From the IMG/VR virus record IMGVR_UViG_3300042430_001364: DNA of 64,000 bases. One strand, written 5' to 3'. Source of the stretch: an uncultured virus (IMG/VR IMGVR_UViG_3300042430_001364) (taxonomy: Duplodnaviria; Heunggongvirae; Uroviricota; Caudoviricetes). The position numbers and the translations under genes were made by a program. The notes below the pieces were generated by a model. The model saw nothing but the letters and a program-made list of their open reading frames with translations, made no database searches and was not told where the DNA came from. Shown here in pieces: positions 1 through 9,510 of the stretch. Numbering within the stretch: position 1 is the first letter of the stretch; the number at the start of each line of letters is the position of its first letter.

Positions 1-2
1 CA

Positions 3-794
3 ACGGCAGCATCGTTCTCTAAGATTTGGTTTACGCCAAACCATGTAAGAGCTTGGAGAAAATCGTTTTATGAAAAAATAGGTGGCTACGACAAAACTAT
101 GGACGTTTTAGACGATCAGGATATTTTATGTCGCACTTACATTCACGGTAATGTTAAATTTATAGACAAGTGCTTATACATATACTACAGACATGAAGGA
201 AATACGTGTTACGGCGATAAGAACAAATTTATACAAAAAGAAACGCTTAACATTCACGATAAATATATTTATCCGTTAGCAGAGAAATGGGCGGATCTGA
301 ACGGCTTGCTTAAAATAGATTTGTGTGGCGGTTTCAACTCACCAAAAGGCTACAAGTCGATAGACTTACAAAACTCAGATATTGTTCACAATTTAAATGA
401 TCCTTGGCCATTTAAAGATGGCGAGGTTGGGGTAATAAGATCTCATGACGCTTTAGAGCATCTTAAGGACCCAATACACATTATGAAAGAGGCATATAGA
501 TGCTTGGCTCCCCTAGGTTGGTTTTTAACGAAAACACCCTCTACCGATGGAAGAGGTGCGTTTCAAGACCCAACGCACGTATCTTTTTGGAACTCTAATA
601 GTTTCTGGTATTACACACAACAAGAGACAGCTAAATATATAGGAACGCCAGTAAGGTTTCAACTTAATAGAATAAAAAACTTTTATCCAAACGATTATTG
701 CCAAACGCACAATATTTTATACACAAAAGCAGACCTTTTAAAATTGCCCAATAAAGACTCTGATGTTAGAGTTCCTGGATTAATTGAAATCTAA
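3..794 (+). CDS. GT2 glycosyltransferase (C-terminal part) fused to class I SAM methyltransferase; 5' end lies outside the window
   Basis: Frame is open from base 3 (..WRKSFYEKIGGYDKTMDVLDDQD.., GT2-type GGYD...DD motif); then IDLCGG, SHDALEHL and AFQDPTH methyltransferase motifs. Confidence 0.75.
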   Translation, partial: TAASFSKIWFTPNHVRAWRKSFYEKIGGYDKTMDVLDDQDILCRTYIHGNVKFIDKCLYIYYRHEGNTCYGDKNKFIQKETLNIHDKYIYPLAEKWADLNGLLKIDLCGGFNSPKGYKSIDLQNSDIVHNLNDPWPFKDGEVGVIRSHDALEHLKDPIHIMKEAYRCLAPLGWFLTKTPSTDGRGAFQDPTHVSFWNSNSFWYYTQQETAKYIGTPVRFQLNRIKNFYPNDYCQTHNILYTKADLLKLPNKDSDVRVPGLIEI

Positions 795-806
795 CCATAA
801 AAAACT

Positions 807-1400
807 ATGAATAACTATATTTTTAATAAAAATTCACCGCATATTATTGTTGTCGATAACTTCTATAAAGATCCAGATGAAATTGTAAAATTGGCTTATG
901 GGCAAGAGTTTAAAGAAAACAATAATTTTTACAAAGGTAAAAGAAGCGCTAGATGTTTGTTACCTTACGTTAAAGAAGAGTTTGAAAGACTGTTGAATGT
1001 GGGAATTATTGATTGGCTCAACCAACCAATGAATGGAGTATTTCAAATAACAAATAGCGAACACCCTTTGGTCTGGCACAGTGATAGCCAGAGCTACGCT
1101 GCTGCTGTGTATCTTACGAAAGAAGCTGGAGTTGGATACGGCACATCTTTCTGGAGAGAGAAAAATTTCGACTGCCGAAGACCTCCAAATCATCCACTAG
1201 AAAATAAACCACACGTCACGGATTCCGAGGTTTATTCAAAACATAACCTAACGCATCCAGATAACTGGGAATTGGTTGACAGAGTTGGATCAGTATTTAA
1301 CAGATTAGTAATATGGGACGCTAAGTTGATTCATAGCGCAACTAAATACGGTGATTTTGAAAGATTAGTGCAGTTGTTTTTCTTTTCTATTCAAAAGTAA
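807..1400 (+). CDS. 2OG-Fe(II) oxygenase-like protein (DUF6445-like)
   Basis: IIVVDNFYKDPD start, WHSD (HxD), FNRLVIWDAKLIHS distal His, RLVQLFF. Confidence 0.7.
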   Translation: MNNYIFNKNSPHIIVVDNFYKDPDEIVKLAYGQEFKENNNFYKGKRSARCLLPYVKEEFERLLNVGIIDWLNQPMNGVFQITNSEHPLVWHSDSQSYAAAVYLTKEAGVGYGTSFWREKNFDCRRPPNHPLENKPHVTDSEVYSKHNLTHPDNWELVDRVGSVFNRLVIWDAKLIHSATKYGDFERLVQLFFFSIQK

Positions 1401-1443
1401 AGTTAAATAATAGAAAATTAATTAAACATTAATACTATTAGTT

Positions 1444-2415
1444 ATGTTAGCTAAATACGTTATTACGAACGGCGGAAGTTTACATCCGCTCGTTATCCCA
1501 GCATCAGAAACTAACGGAACAGGATTAATGAATCCTTCTGTGTACGTAGATAACGGCAAGGTGGTTATGAACTTGCGTCACTGCCAGTACACAATCTATC
1601 ACGCTGAAAAAGGTATTTTTGAACATCAGTATGGTCCATTAGTTTATCTTAATCCAGAGAACGATATCACTCTTACAACGAAAAACTTCTTCTGCGAACT
1701 AGACGAGAAGATGAATATTGTTAAGAGCACAAAGGTTGATACATCTAAGTTAGACGTAAAACCGATTTGGGAATTTATCGGACTTGAAGATGCGCGAGTT
1801 GTTCGCTGGGACGGCAAGCTTTACCTTTGCGGAGTAAGACGCGACACAACAACAAACGGAGTTGGCAGAATGGAGCTTTCTGAAATTGAAGTTTCCACTG
1901 ATTCTGTTAAAGAAATCTCTAGAGTTAGAATCGACGCTCCTGCGCCAAACACTTCTTATTGCGAAAAGAACTGGATGCCAATTTTAGATAAGCCATATCA
2001 CTTTATCAAGTGGACAAATCCAACTGAAGTTGTAAAGGCTGATCCTGTTACTGGCGCTTGTGAAACGGTAGTTCTTCAAGAACTGAATGCAGGTTACAGC
2101 GGCAATATTAGAGGTGGCTCGCAAGTTATCTCTTGGGAAGACGGCTATCTTTGCTTAAATCACATCACTTACCTTTTCAAGAGCGAGCTTCAAAGAAAGA
2201 ACGCCCGGTATCGCCATGTCTTTACTAAGCTCGATAAAGACTTTAAGATTCAAAAAGTATCTAAAGAATTCTCCTTCATGGAAGGCGAAATTGAATTCGC
2301 GTGCGGAATGGCGCAACTTAATGACGACTTATTGATTACTTTTGGATTTCAAGATAACGCATCGTTCCTTTTGAAGACGCCAAAGAAAATCGTGGAGAAC
2401 CTTTTAAATGGATAA
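1444..2415 (+). CDS. Five-bladed beta-propeller glycosidase/phosphorylase-like protein (GH130/GH43-like)
   Basis: NPSV, LEDARVV, EKNWMP, RGGSQ and IEFACG motifs. Confidence 0.65.
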   Translation: MLAKYVITNGGSLHPLVIPASETNGTGLMNPSVYVDNGKVVMNLRHCQYTIYHAEKGIFEHQYGPLVYLNPENDITLTTKNFFCELDEKMNIVKSTKVDTSKLDVKPIWEFIGLEDARVVRWDGKLYLCGVRRDTTTNGVGRMELSEIEVSTDSVKEISRVRIDAPAPNTSYCEKNWMPILDKPYHFIKWTNPTEVVKADPVTGACETVVLQELNAGYSGNIRGGSQVISWEDGYLCLNHITYLFKSELQRKNARYRHVFTKLDKDFKIQKVSKEFSFMEGEIEFACGMAQLNDDLLITFGFQDNASFLLKTPKKIVENLLNG

Positions 2416-3664
2416 TTTACTTTTTAGCCCAGTAGAAATTTACGTTCTCGACCCTGAGAACGCTCAAAAGAATTACAACTTAGCGGTATGGTATCATAAA
2501 CAAGGTCAAACCGCAGCCGCAATTTCTTTTTATTTAAGAGCCGCAGAAAGAACTGATGACAAAGACCTGTCCTACGAATGCTTGATTATGGCCGCTCTTT
2601 GCTTTGATAAGCAGGGGCATCGAACACAAACCGTTAAGAACCTTTTCCGTCATGCAATCACTTTAATTCCTGATAGACCAGAAGCTTACTTTTTATTAAG
2701 TCGATTGCACGAATACAATAAAGAATACAATGAAGGTTATCTTGTAGCTTCTATTGGTATGGGGTTTGCGAAGAATAACAAGCCAACTTTCAGCGATCTT
2801 GGTTATGTTGGTGAATATGGTCTTATTTTTGAGAAAGCTGTTTGCGCTTGGTGGTGGGGTAAAACAAAAGAATCGAGAAGATTATTTCTTCACTTGTCTG
2901 ACAATTATGCAGACGTAATGAACGACGCTCATAAAACAGCAGTTCAAAACAATATGACAACTCTTGGTTGTGGCCCAGAGTCTCAAGCTATCACAAGATA
3001 CTCAAAGAAAAAATTTAAAGACCTAAGATACAAGTTCAGTGGCGCAAACTTAATTGACGTTAACTACTCTCAAGTTTATCAAGATATGTTTGTGCTTTCT
3101 ATGCTAGATGGAAAGAAGAATGGAACTTATCTTGAAGTAGGCTCTTCTGAGCCTTACCACAACAGCAATACAGCACTCTTGGAAAAGAACTACGGCTGGA
3201 CTGGCATTGGTCTTGAATGGGGCCAAAATCATGTTAACGAACATATCAAGCATCGTTCAAACAAAGTATTGTGCGAAGATGCGACGAAAGCTAACTATTC
3301 AAAAATCTTAAAAGAAATCGCCAAAGACGGTATCGTAGATTACCTGCAATTAGACTGCGAGCCATCTAAGAGCACATTTGAAATCTTAACTTCAATTCCT
3401 TTTAGTGATTATAAGTTTGCCGTAATCACTTACGAGCATGATCACTACGTTGACATGACAAAGACTTATCGCCAAAAGTCTAGAAACTACTTGAGATCAT
3501 TAGGGTATCTAATGGCAGTTAACGACATTTCTCCAGACGGTGTTTCTACTTTTGAAGACTGGTGGTATCACCCAGACTTGATTGATCCTGTTATTGCGCA
3601 AAAAATGTCGTCTGTTAACGACGACATTAAGAAAGCGGAAGACTTTATGTTAGGTAAGATTTAA
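2408..3664 (+). CDS. TPR-repeat protein fused to FkbM-like methyltransferase
   Basis: N-terminal TPRs (PDRPEAYFLLS); C-terminal YSQVYQD..YLEVG..SNT..LE..DYLQLDCE..ITYEHD..EDWW. Confidence 0.7.
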   Translation: MDNLLFSPVEIYVLDPENAQKNYNLAVWYHKQGQTAAAISFYLRAAERTDDKDLSYECLIMAALCFDKQGHRTQTVKNLFRHAITLIPDRPEAYFLLSRLHEYNKEYNEGYLVASIGMGFAKNNKPTFSDLGYVGEYGLIFEKAVCAWWWGKTKESRRLFLHLSDNYADVMNDAHKTAVQNNMTTLGCGPESQAITRYSKKKFKDLRYKFSGANLIDVNYSQVYQDMFVLSMLDGKKNGTYLEVGSSEPYHNSNTALLEKNYGWTGIGLEWGQNHVNEHIKHRSNKVLCEDATKANYSKILKEIAKDGIVDYLQLDCEPSKSTFEILTSIPFSDYKFAVITYEHDHYVDMTKTYRQKSRNYLRSLGYLMAVNDISPDGVSTFEDWWYHPDLIDPVIAQKMSSVNDDIKKAEDFMLGKI

Positions 3665-4041
3665 TAATCTACCTTAACTTTAGAGTTTTCAAACTTCTTC
3701 ATTTGTTCAGGATGCTTTGCGCCTTTTCTCTTGGCGGAGTAATCCTTGAACACCTTCTCTTTTAAAGGGTCTGTGCCGCCTCGTTCCTGTGCCCTTTTAT
3801 CGCTTAACTCGCGGCTTTTGTCCAGCAGGTCGCCATACGTGCCTTTTTTGTTCCTGGTGGCGTCAACGAAGGCTGTTGAGCTATTAGGGTCGATCTGTGA
3901 ATCAATCGCGGCGTTAGGAACTTGAAATACCCTTTTCCACACTAATCCATCGCTGTCGGTATAAACATGACTTTCACTCATTGTTTGAAAGATTTCGATA
4001 GTCTTACCGTTCTCAGGATTCTCGTAGGTGTATAAGGGCAT
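3661..4041 (-). CDS. FmdB-like small regulatory protein (zinc-ribbon cysteines absent)
   Basis: MPLYTYENPENG..EIFQTMSE N-terminus typical of FmdB-family phage proteins. Confidence 0.55.
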   Translation of the reverse strand: MPLYTYENPENGKTIEIFQTMSESHVYTDSDGLVWKRVFQVPNAAIDSQIDPNSSTAFVDATRNKKGTYGDLLDKSRELSDKRAQERGGTDPLKEKVFKDYSAKRKGAKHPEQMKKFENSKVKVDY

Positions 4042-4054
4042 ATTTTATATTAAT

Positions 4055-4081
4055 AAAAAAGCCGCTTTTTCAAGCGGCTTT
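4055..4081 (-). terminator. Intrinsic terminator after the Hsp20 gene
   Basis: AAAGCCGCTT/AAGCGGCTTT inverted repeat followed by a T-run on the minus strand. Confidence 0.8.
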
Positions 4082-4086
4082 GGTTG

Positions 4087-4530
4087 TTAGTTGATTTTAA
4101 CTGATCTTGGTTTTGCTTCCTCAAAATAAGGAACAAACACCTTCAAAAGACCGTTCTTGATGCTACATTCAAGATTCGACAAGTCGAATTTATCAGTGTT
4201 TACCTGAATCCGACAAGGACTAGAAACGAAAACATCTTCCAGCTTTGCTTCGACTTTAAAGAACGAATCTTGTTCAAGGTAAGTTACAAAAACGTTTTCC
4301 TTAGTGCAGCCAGGAACAGAGAAGAAGAAATGCTCACCTTCTTCCGTGAATTTTGTTTTGATTAGAGTTGGAAAAGAAGACGGGTATGAATAGTAATTAC
4401 CATTAGTTAGGACACAGCCCGAAATAGCACTACTTGAATATCCATACACATATGGAGTACTAGAGCTGACGGTCAATCCACTTAAAGATGAGGCTCCGGT
4501 TACTAATGTTGTTGTGATGTCTGTTGTCAT
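4087..4530 (-). CDS. Small heat-shock protein (Hsp20/alpha-crystallin domain)
   Basis: VPGCTKENV and CSIKNGLLKVFVP motifs, C-terminal VKI (IxI-like). Confidence 0.7.
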   Translation of the reverse strand: MTTDITTTLVTGASSLSGLTVSSSTPYVYGYSSSAISGCVLTNGNYYSYPSSFPTLIKTKFTEEGEHFFFSVPGCTKENVFVTYLEQDSFFKVEAKLEDVFVSSPCRIQVNTDKFDLSNLECSIKNGLLKVFVPYFEEAKPRSVKIN

Positions 4531-4559
4531 ATATTATATATTTATGATGAAAAAATTAA

Positions 4560-5654
4560 TTATAAGGTCTTTAAGATGTCACAAATTGACGCAACCGTCT
4601 TTTCGTAAGTGAAAGTTTGACCCAGTTTGATTCCTGCGGAGTTTATCGTCTTATTCTCCGCAAGAGTTACGGCCTTTTCGATAGCGGAGAGAGCTTCTTC
4701 TTCATTGAAATCGTAGATTTCGCCTTGATTGAATTCTTGGCCTTTCTTAAAGAAAGTTCCATCGTAAGCTTCGATAAGGCCAGATGGTTGAACAAGAATA
4801 GAGTTTTCGCTAGTAGCCCAATCTAAATGGCTAGTTGCATTGAGAACAACGCTCCATTTGCCTAAACAAGTAGAGTTAAAAGCAGGAAGACCCCAACCTT
4901 CTGCGCCGCTCAATCCGCTAAGATCAATGTCAGCAGAGTTAAGAACGTCGTTAACTTCGGAATTCGTGGAAACATAAGGAAGAATATTAATGTTCCAAGC
5001 AAGAGCCTTGTAACCAGAAAGAAGCTTCTTTAAGATTTCCTTATCTAAAAATGGATTTACGATAGAGCAACTAAGTTGATATTTTGGATTGTTGCCGTAT
5101 TTCTTTGCCCAAAGCTTAATGATTTTGTCTGTATGCTTTCTGCGTTCAAACTTACCCATGATAACAAAGTGAATTTTATCTTGGAGGTAAACTTTGTCGG
5201 TCTTGAAAAAATCAAGATCAAAACCGAGCGGAACGTTTTCAACCCTCAAACCTTCTTCTGCAAAACTATTCTTTGCGTACGAGCTGGAAAAGATCGTAGC
5301 GTCTTGAAGACGAACAAGAGCCTTTTCAGTCTCTGTTGGCTGGTTAAGCTCATAGAAACTGAAAAGGGCTTGGCGAGGTGAAATTCTTTTCTCGGCTCCG
5401 TTGATATGCCAAAGCTTCAACGAGATAGCGTCTTTGCTCAAGTTCTTAAAGCGATTGTCAACAAGTGATTTGAGCCACTTCTTAAAATCGTTAGAAGCTT
5501 TATCAAACGCTCCCAAATCAGGATTTGAAATTGGGAAGTAAGAAAACTTGAACGAGCTATCAGTTTGGCTCATCTTGTAAAACTCCTTTAGGAAGTTATA
5601 CGAGACATTGCCAAATGAAACTTGGTTTACTGGAGCCTCGAAAATGATTTTCAT
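4560..5654 (-). CDS. GT4-like (GT-B) glycosyltransferase
   Basis: GKFERRKHTD and SGAEGWGLPAFNS motifs. Confidence 0.75.
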   Translation of the reverse strand: MKIIFEAPVNQVSFGNVSYNFLKEFYKMSQTDSSFKFSYFPISNPDLGAFDKASNDFKKWLKSLVDNRFKNLSKDAISLKLWHINGAEKRISPRQALFSFYELNQPTETEKALVRLQDATIFSSSYAKNSFAEEGLRVENVPLGFDLDFFKTDKVYLQDKIHFVIMGKFERRKHTDKIIKLWAKKYGNNPKYQLSCSIVNPFLDKEILKKLLSGYKALAWNINILPYVSTNSEVNDVLNSADIDLSGLSGAEGWGLPAFNSTCLGKWSVVLNATSHLDWATSENSILVQPSGLIEAYDGTFFKKGQEFNQGEIYDFNEEEALSAIEKAVTLAENKTINSAGIKLGQTFTYEKTVASICDILKTL

Positions 5655-6082
5655 TAATAAGGAATTTCGTCGTCGTCTTGTTGAACTGGAGCTTTAGCGG
5701 CTTGCTTGTAAGCTGGCTTTGGAACAGCCTTGGCTACTGTAGGTAGCGCTTCGTCATCAGAAGCGGCGGCATCCTTCTTTTTGCCGCCTACGAAATTGAC
5801 GCGATCAGCGACAACGATAACAGCGGAATTCTTGCGGCCATCCTTTTCCCAAGTTTCAAGCTTGAGACGACCAATGACAGAAACGCTGCTGCCCTTCTTG
5901 ACATAGTTGCCGACAAATTCAGCTTGCTTTTCCCAAGTATCAACCTTGATAAAAAGCGTATCTTTGTCGTTGAGAGGATTATTTACTGCGAGACGAAAAG
6001 AAGCAATCTTCTTTCCGGTTGTGGTGGACCGGATTTCTGGATCTTCTGTGGTATTACCTGCGAGGACTACATTATTAATCAT
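5654..6082 (-). CDS. ssb: Single-stranded DNA-binding protein
   Basis: NNVVLAGN..DPEIR..G OB-fold start, KKGSSVSVIGRL, acidic tail DDDEIPY. Confidence 0.95.
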   Translation of the reverse strand: MINNVVLAGNTTEDPEIRSTTTGKKIASFRLAVNNPLNDKDTLFIKVDTWEKQAEFVGNYVKKGSSVSVIGRLKLETWEKDGRKNSAVIVVADRVNFVGGKKKDAAASDDEALPTVAKAVPKPAYKQAAKAPVQQDDDEIPY

Positions 6083-6662
6083 GATTTTTTGTTATAGATT
6101 TCTTCAACGCTTTAAACGCCGAATTGTGAATATTGATACAACCTTGGATAGATAAGTCAAGCTCTTTTGCAATCTTTCTCCAAGGAGTTACTTTCTTACT
6201 GCCGTTAAAAGACTTATAACGCATTTTGAATATTTGGGTTATGCGCTTGTCTTCCATTTGATCTACTTGATCAAAGATTGTCGCAATGATGTCGTAATTG
6301 ACTTTCTCTTTAGACTCTTCTGTTTCAAACGCACAATCATATTTTTCATCTAAAGACTCGTGACGCTTTTTGTTTGAAGCGTTCAAACATAACCAACGAG
6401 TATGATTGCCTAGATAAGTTGAGAACTTGATATTCCTTGTCTCGTCAAAAGATTGAACAGCGTCGTAAATATGAGATTCTCTGCTGTCGATAAGGTCGTG
6501 TATATTGTCGATTGACGTTGTTCTTGGCGCATACGAATGAACCATTTGAAGATAAATTCCCGAATGACGATTAACAATCTCTTGAAAACAAGAGCTATCA
6601 CCAGAGCCTCTGATTTTTTCAATCAGAGATAAATCGTCCATTGATTCGGGAACTAATTTCAT
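6075..6662 (-). CDS. Phage sigma-70-family RNA polymerase sigma factor
   Basis: Region 2 motif FDETRNIKFSTY and region 4 HTH WRKIAKELDLSIQG. Confidence 0.85.
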   Translation of the reverse strand: MKLVPESMDDLSLIEKIRGSGDSSCFQEIVNRHSGIYLQMVHSYAPRTTSIDNIHDLIDSRESHIYDAVQSFDETRNIKFSTYLGNHTRWLCLNASNKKRHESLDEKYDCAFETEESKEKVNYDIIATIFDQVDQMEDKRITQIFKMRYKSFNGSKKVTPWRKIAKELDLSIQGCINIHNSAFKALKKSITKNHD

Positions 6663-7126
6663 ACTCCTGTACTTCCAAAGCCTCCTGTTCCTCTTTCTGA
6701 GGAATCTAGCGATTCTGTTTGATGCGCTACGAGGCTAATGAACGGCGAGAAAACTAACTGACCGATCTTGTCGCCCTTTTTGTAAATCAGGTCTTTGTAA
6801 GGCTGATGACCAATGCCTAACCAGCGAAAACGAAGCTTAATTGAATCTCGGTAACCAGCGTCAATCACGCCTACAGAATTGCAAAGCGATAATTGATATT
6901 TGCTCACGCTTGACCGAGGAAACAAGAGAGTGAAAAATCCTTCTGCTGGTTGAATCACGACGCCCGTATCGTACTCGATGTACAAAATTTGTTTCTTGTT
7001 TGGCTCACGAACAATTGTTGGCTCAGACGAAGCAATCAAATCCCATCCAGCATCATCTTTCGCTGGGGCAATCAGATTGTTTTCGAAGCCATTTTTTAAA
7101 ACTTTGAACGAGTATTTGTGATCCAT
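6659..7126 (-). CDS. dut: Trimeric dUTPase
   Basis: AGWDL, PRSS, GVIDAGYR, IGQL and RGTGGFGSTG motifs; ATG at 7126 preferred, with TTGACG 36 nt upstream. Confidence 0.95.
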   Translation of the reverse strand: MDHKYSFKVLKNGFENNLIAPAKDDAGWDLIASSEPTIVREPNKKQILYIEYDTGVVIQPAEGFFTLLFPRSSVSKYQLSLCNSVGVIDAGYRDSIKLRFRWLGIGHQPYKDLIYKKGDKIGQLVFSPFISLVAHQTESLDSSERGTGGFGSTGV

Positions 7127-7193
7127 GTTTTGAAAGTTGCAAGGGATTCTAGTTTTCGTCAATACTTTTTCCAAAAAAAATCGCGCAGAGCGC

Positions 7194-7216
7194 AATAAAA
7201 ACCAAAGGTTTTTATT
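7194..7216. repeat. Perfect 10-bp inverted repeat
   Basis: AATAAAAACC-aaa-GGTTTTTATT. Confidence 0.85.
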
Positions 7217-7220
7217 AAAA

Positions 7221-7323
7221 GGAAAGGGGGTTAGGGTAAAAGGGTATGGTTTGGGGGATATAAGGGGGGATAGTATGAAAGGGGGGAGAAAAGGGGGAAA
7301 GGAAAGGGATTAGGGGAAGGGGG
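7221..7323 (+). other. G-tract array with G-quadruplex-forming potential; candidate origin or regulatory element
   Basis: Ten runs of 3-6 G, no C between 7204 and 7327, located between divergent transcription units. Confidence 0.6.
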
Positions 7324-7336
7324 AAAACCAAAATAG

Positions 7337-7342
7337 GTGTAA
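7337..7342 (+). promoter_or_regulatory. GTGTAA motif (putative phage-specific promoter)
   Basis: 8 nt before GTG at 7351; recurs at similar spacing before several other genes. Confidence 0.5.
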
Positions 7343-7350
7343 AAAAATCT

Positions 7351-8031
7351 GTGCTGCATCGCATCAAAAAAAACATACCTTTCTGCCTGTTCTTGGGAGT
7401 GTTCTTGTACCTCCTTGGATTTTTCATTTTGGCCAAACAAAACGAGCTTTGCCCTAGCTACCATCCGTCCAAAGAATCGCGCCCAGACTTTTCATCACCA
7501 AAAAACCAGATCAAATTGAATTTTGTTTCAAATGGGTTTTTTGTAAAAAATCCGCCTTTTCAAGATTTTATTAGTTTAGCTTATAACTCCGATTCAGTTC
7601 TTGAATCATTAAACAAATGCGGCATTCCAAAAGAAGCTTTAGTTGTTATGCGCGACAATCAGTATTCAAATGTAAATTTACAATGGTTAGACAAATACTG
7701 TTCATGGTGGATAGATGTTATAGATCTTTATCAATTATCTTATCAAAAAGAAACATTTGATTGCGACAATTTCTCTGATTTATTTGTTGTTGTATATAGT
7801 TTTGCTTCACACAATCGCAGCAACAAAACCTCTGCTCAAGTCGCTGTGGCAACTGTTGTGGTAGAGCAGGTTAAAAACTTCGCTGATATATCATACGGCT
7901 CTGACTCTTGGCACTCGTTAAACTTAGTTTGGACAAGTAGCGGGTGGTTTATTGTAGAACCTCAAAACGGAACCTATATAAGTCTTGAATCTTACCCAAA
8001 CAAAAATACGATAAAGGCTATAATTTTTTAG
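7351..8031 (+). CDS. Membrane-anchored papain/transglutaminase-like protein (similar to lectin MOA C-terminal domain)
   Basis: N-terminal hydrophobic segment; FDCDNFS (Cys), WHSLN (His), VEPQ. Confidence 0.55.
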   Translation: MLHRIKKNIPFCLFLGVFLYLLGFFILAKQNELCPSYHPSKESRPDFSSPKNQIKLNFVSNGFFVKNPPFQDFISLAYNSDSVLESLNKCGIPKEALVVMRDNQYSNVNLQWLDKYCSWWIDVIDLYQLSYQKETFDCDNFSDLFVVVYSFASHNRSNKTSAQVAVATVVVEQVKNFADISYGSDSWHSLNLVWTSSGWFIVEPQNGTYISLESYPNKNTIKAIIF

Positions 8032-8036
8032 TGTAA
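8031..8036 (+). promoter_or_regulatory. GTGTAA motif (putative phage-specific promoter)
   Basis: 8 nt before ATG at 8045. Confidence 0.55.
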
Positions 8037-8044
8037 AATATTAT

Positions 8045-8818
8045 ATGGAACTTGACTTTTCACAAAACATCGCAGAAGCCAAAAAGAAAGGCTTATGGGA
8101 AAATATCAGAGACAAGAAAAAACGCATGGGCAAAAACTATCGCCCAGCAAAAAAAGGCTCGTCTGATTATCCAGATAAGAAAGCTTACGAAAAAGCCCAA
8201 GCTGCTATTGAACTTACTTATACAGAAGCGGAAAAGAAAACTTTAAATAAACCATTTCGTTTGCCATCTGGCTCCAATAAAAAGTTTGGCGTTTATGTAA
8301 AGAACCCAAAAGGAAATGTCGTTGTTGTTAAGTTTGGCGATCCAGATATGGAGATTAAACGTGACGATCCAGAGCGCAGAAAGAGTTTCCGCGCTCGCCA
8401 TAAGTGCGACACCAACCCCGGTCCAAAATGGAAAGCTCGTTATTGGAGCTGCCGTATGTGGGAAGGCGGCAAGTCCGTTACTCAGGTCACTAAAGGCTCC
8501 ATCGAAGATCAAATCCACGATCAAGAAGAGCTTCTTAAATTAAATACTGCTTTAGCCTCTGTTGAATCTGTTGATTCTGATATCGAAGATATGAAGTATC
8601 TTCACGAAGAGTATATGGAAATGTCTGAACAAACTTTGTTAAGCGTCGCAGATAAAGCCAAAGCTCTTATCGAAGCGATGAACAAAGATCCAGAAATTGC
8701 AATGGACTTTGCCGAGCCATTTATCGCAGCTAAACTGGCGCTTATGGATGATTACATGAACACTGTTTATAACTATATCATGTATCAGAAAGCTGGCGAA
8801 GAAAAATATACAGATTAA
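8045..8818 (+). CDS. Conserved basic phage protein of unknown function
   Basis: KKFGVYVKN..VKFGDPDM..RRKSFRARHKC..ARYWSCRMW motif typical of large phages. Confidence 0.6.
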   Translation: MELDFSQNIAEAKKKGLWENIRDKKKRMGKNYRPAKKGSSDYPDKKAYEKAQAAIELTYTEAEKKTLNKPFRLPSGSNKKFGVYVKNPKGNVVVVKFGDPDMEIKRDDPERRKSFRARHKCDTNPGPKWKARYWSCRMWEGGKSVTQVTKGSIEDQIHDQEELLKLNTALASVESVDSDIEDMKYLHEEYMEMSEQTLLSVADKAKALIEAMNKDPEIAMDFAEPFIAAKLALMDDYMNTVYNYIMYQKAGEEKYTD

Positions 8819-8850
8819 TTCTGTAGAATTTTTTTGTTCGTTTGTTATGA

Positions 8851-9510
8851 TTGTTGGTGATCTCTACTATCGCTGACACTTCATCTAAGTTTTCTCTTCT
8901 TTCGAGAGAGAGACTTCTTTTTAATATTGCAGCTATTGACTGTGTTTGCCAGAAGAACGTTCTGGGAGATGTCGTTGAGATTGGCGTATGGAAAGGCGGC
9001 AGTATGTTAGCTATGCTTTTAGCTTTAGAGAAGAACAACTGTCTTGATCGCACAATTCATTTGTATGACACGTTTGAAGGAATGACTCCATGCACTGATG
9101 CAGATAAAGATTATAAAGGAAGAGACGCAAAAGACCTTATAAAGCAAGATTCTTTTTGGTCTTGTATTTCTGGCCTTGAAGAAGTTCGGAGAAACATATC
9201 CCAAAACAGCAAGTATCCATCTGATTTAATTAAATATCATAAAGGCGATATTTGTAAAACAGAATTTATTCCAGATACCATCTCAGTATTACGGTTAGAT
9301 ACCGATTGGTACGAAAGTACGAAATTTGAATTAGATTATTTTTATGATAAAGTTTCTTCTGGAGGCATAATTATAATTGATGATTATGGATGGTGGAAAG
9401 GATGCAAGAAGGCTGTCGATGAGTTTCTGGATTCTAGAAACGCAAATCAGGATAAAAAAATCAACATACAACCTATAGATATGGAAGGGGTTTATATCGT
9501 TAAGCCATGA
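8851..9510 (+). CDS. TylF/MycF/NovP-family O-methyltransferase
   Basis: GDVVEIGVWKGGS, YDTFEG, LRLDTDWYEST, IIDDY. Confidence 0.9.
   Translation: MLVISTIADTSSKFSLLSRERLLFNIAAIDCVCQKNVLGDVVEIGVWKGGSMLAMLLALEKNNCLDRTIHLYDTFEGMTPCTDADKDYKGRDAKDLIKQDSFWSCISGLEEVRRNISQNSKYPSDLIKYHKGDICKTEFIPDTISVLRLDTDWYESTKFELDYFYDKVSSGGIIIIDDYGWWKGCKKAVDEFLDSRNANQDKKINIQPIDMEGVYIVKP

Noticed and set aside
807..1400. TET/JBP base oxidase supplying substrate to the BGT-like enzyme
   Set aside because: Motif pattern fits the DUF6445-like oxygenases found in glycan clusters, and it lies 48 kb away; not excluded without a structure search.
7215..7464. Two Pro/Phe-rich minus-strand ORFs over the G-tract
   Set aside because: They arise from low complexity in two frames, overlap a better plus-strand gene and show no recognisable family.
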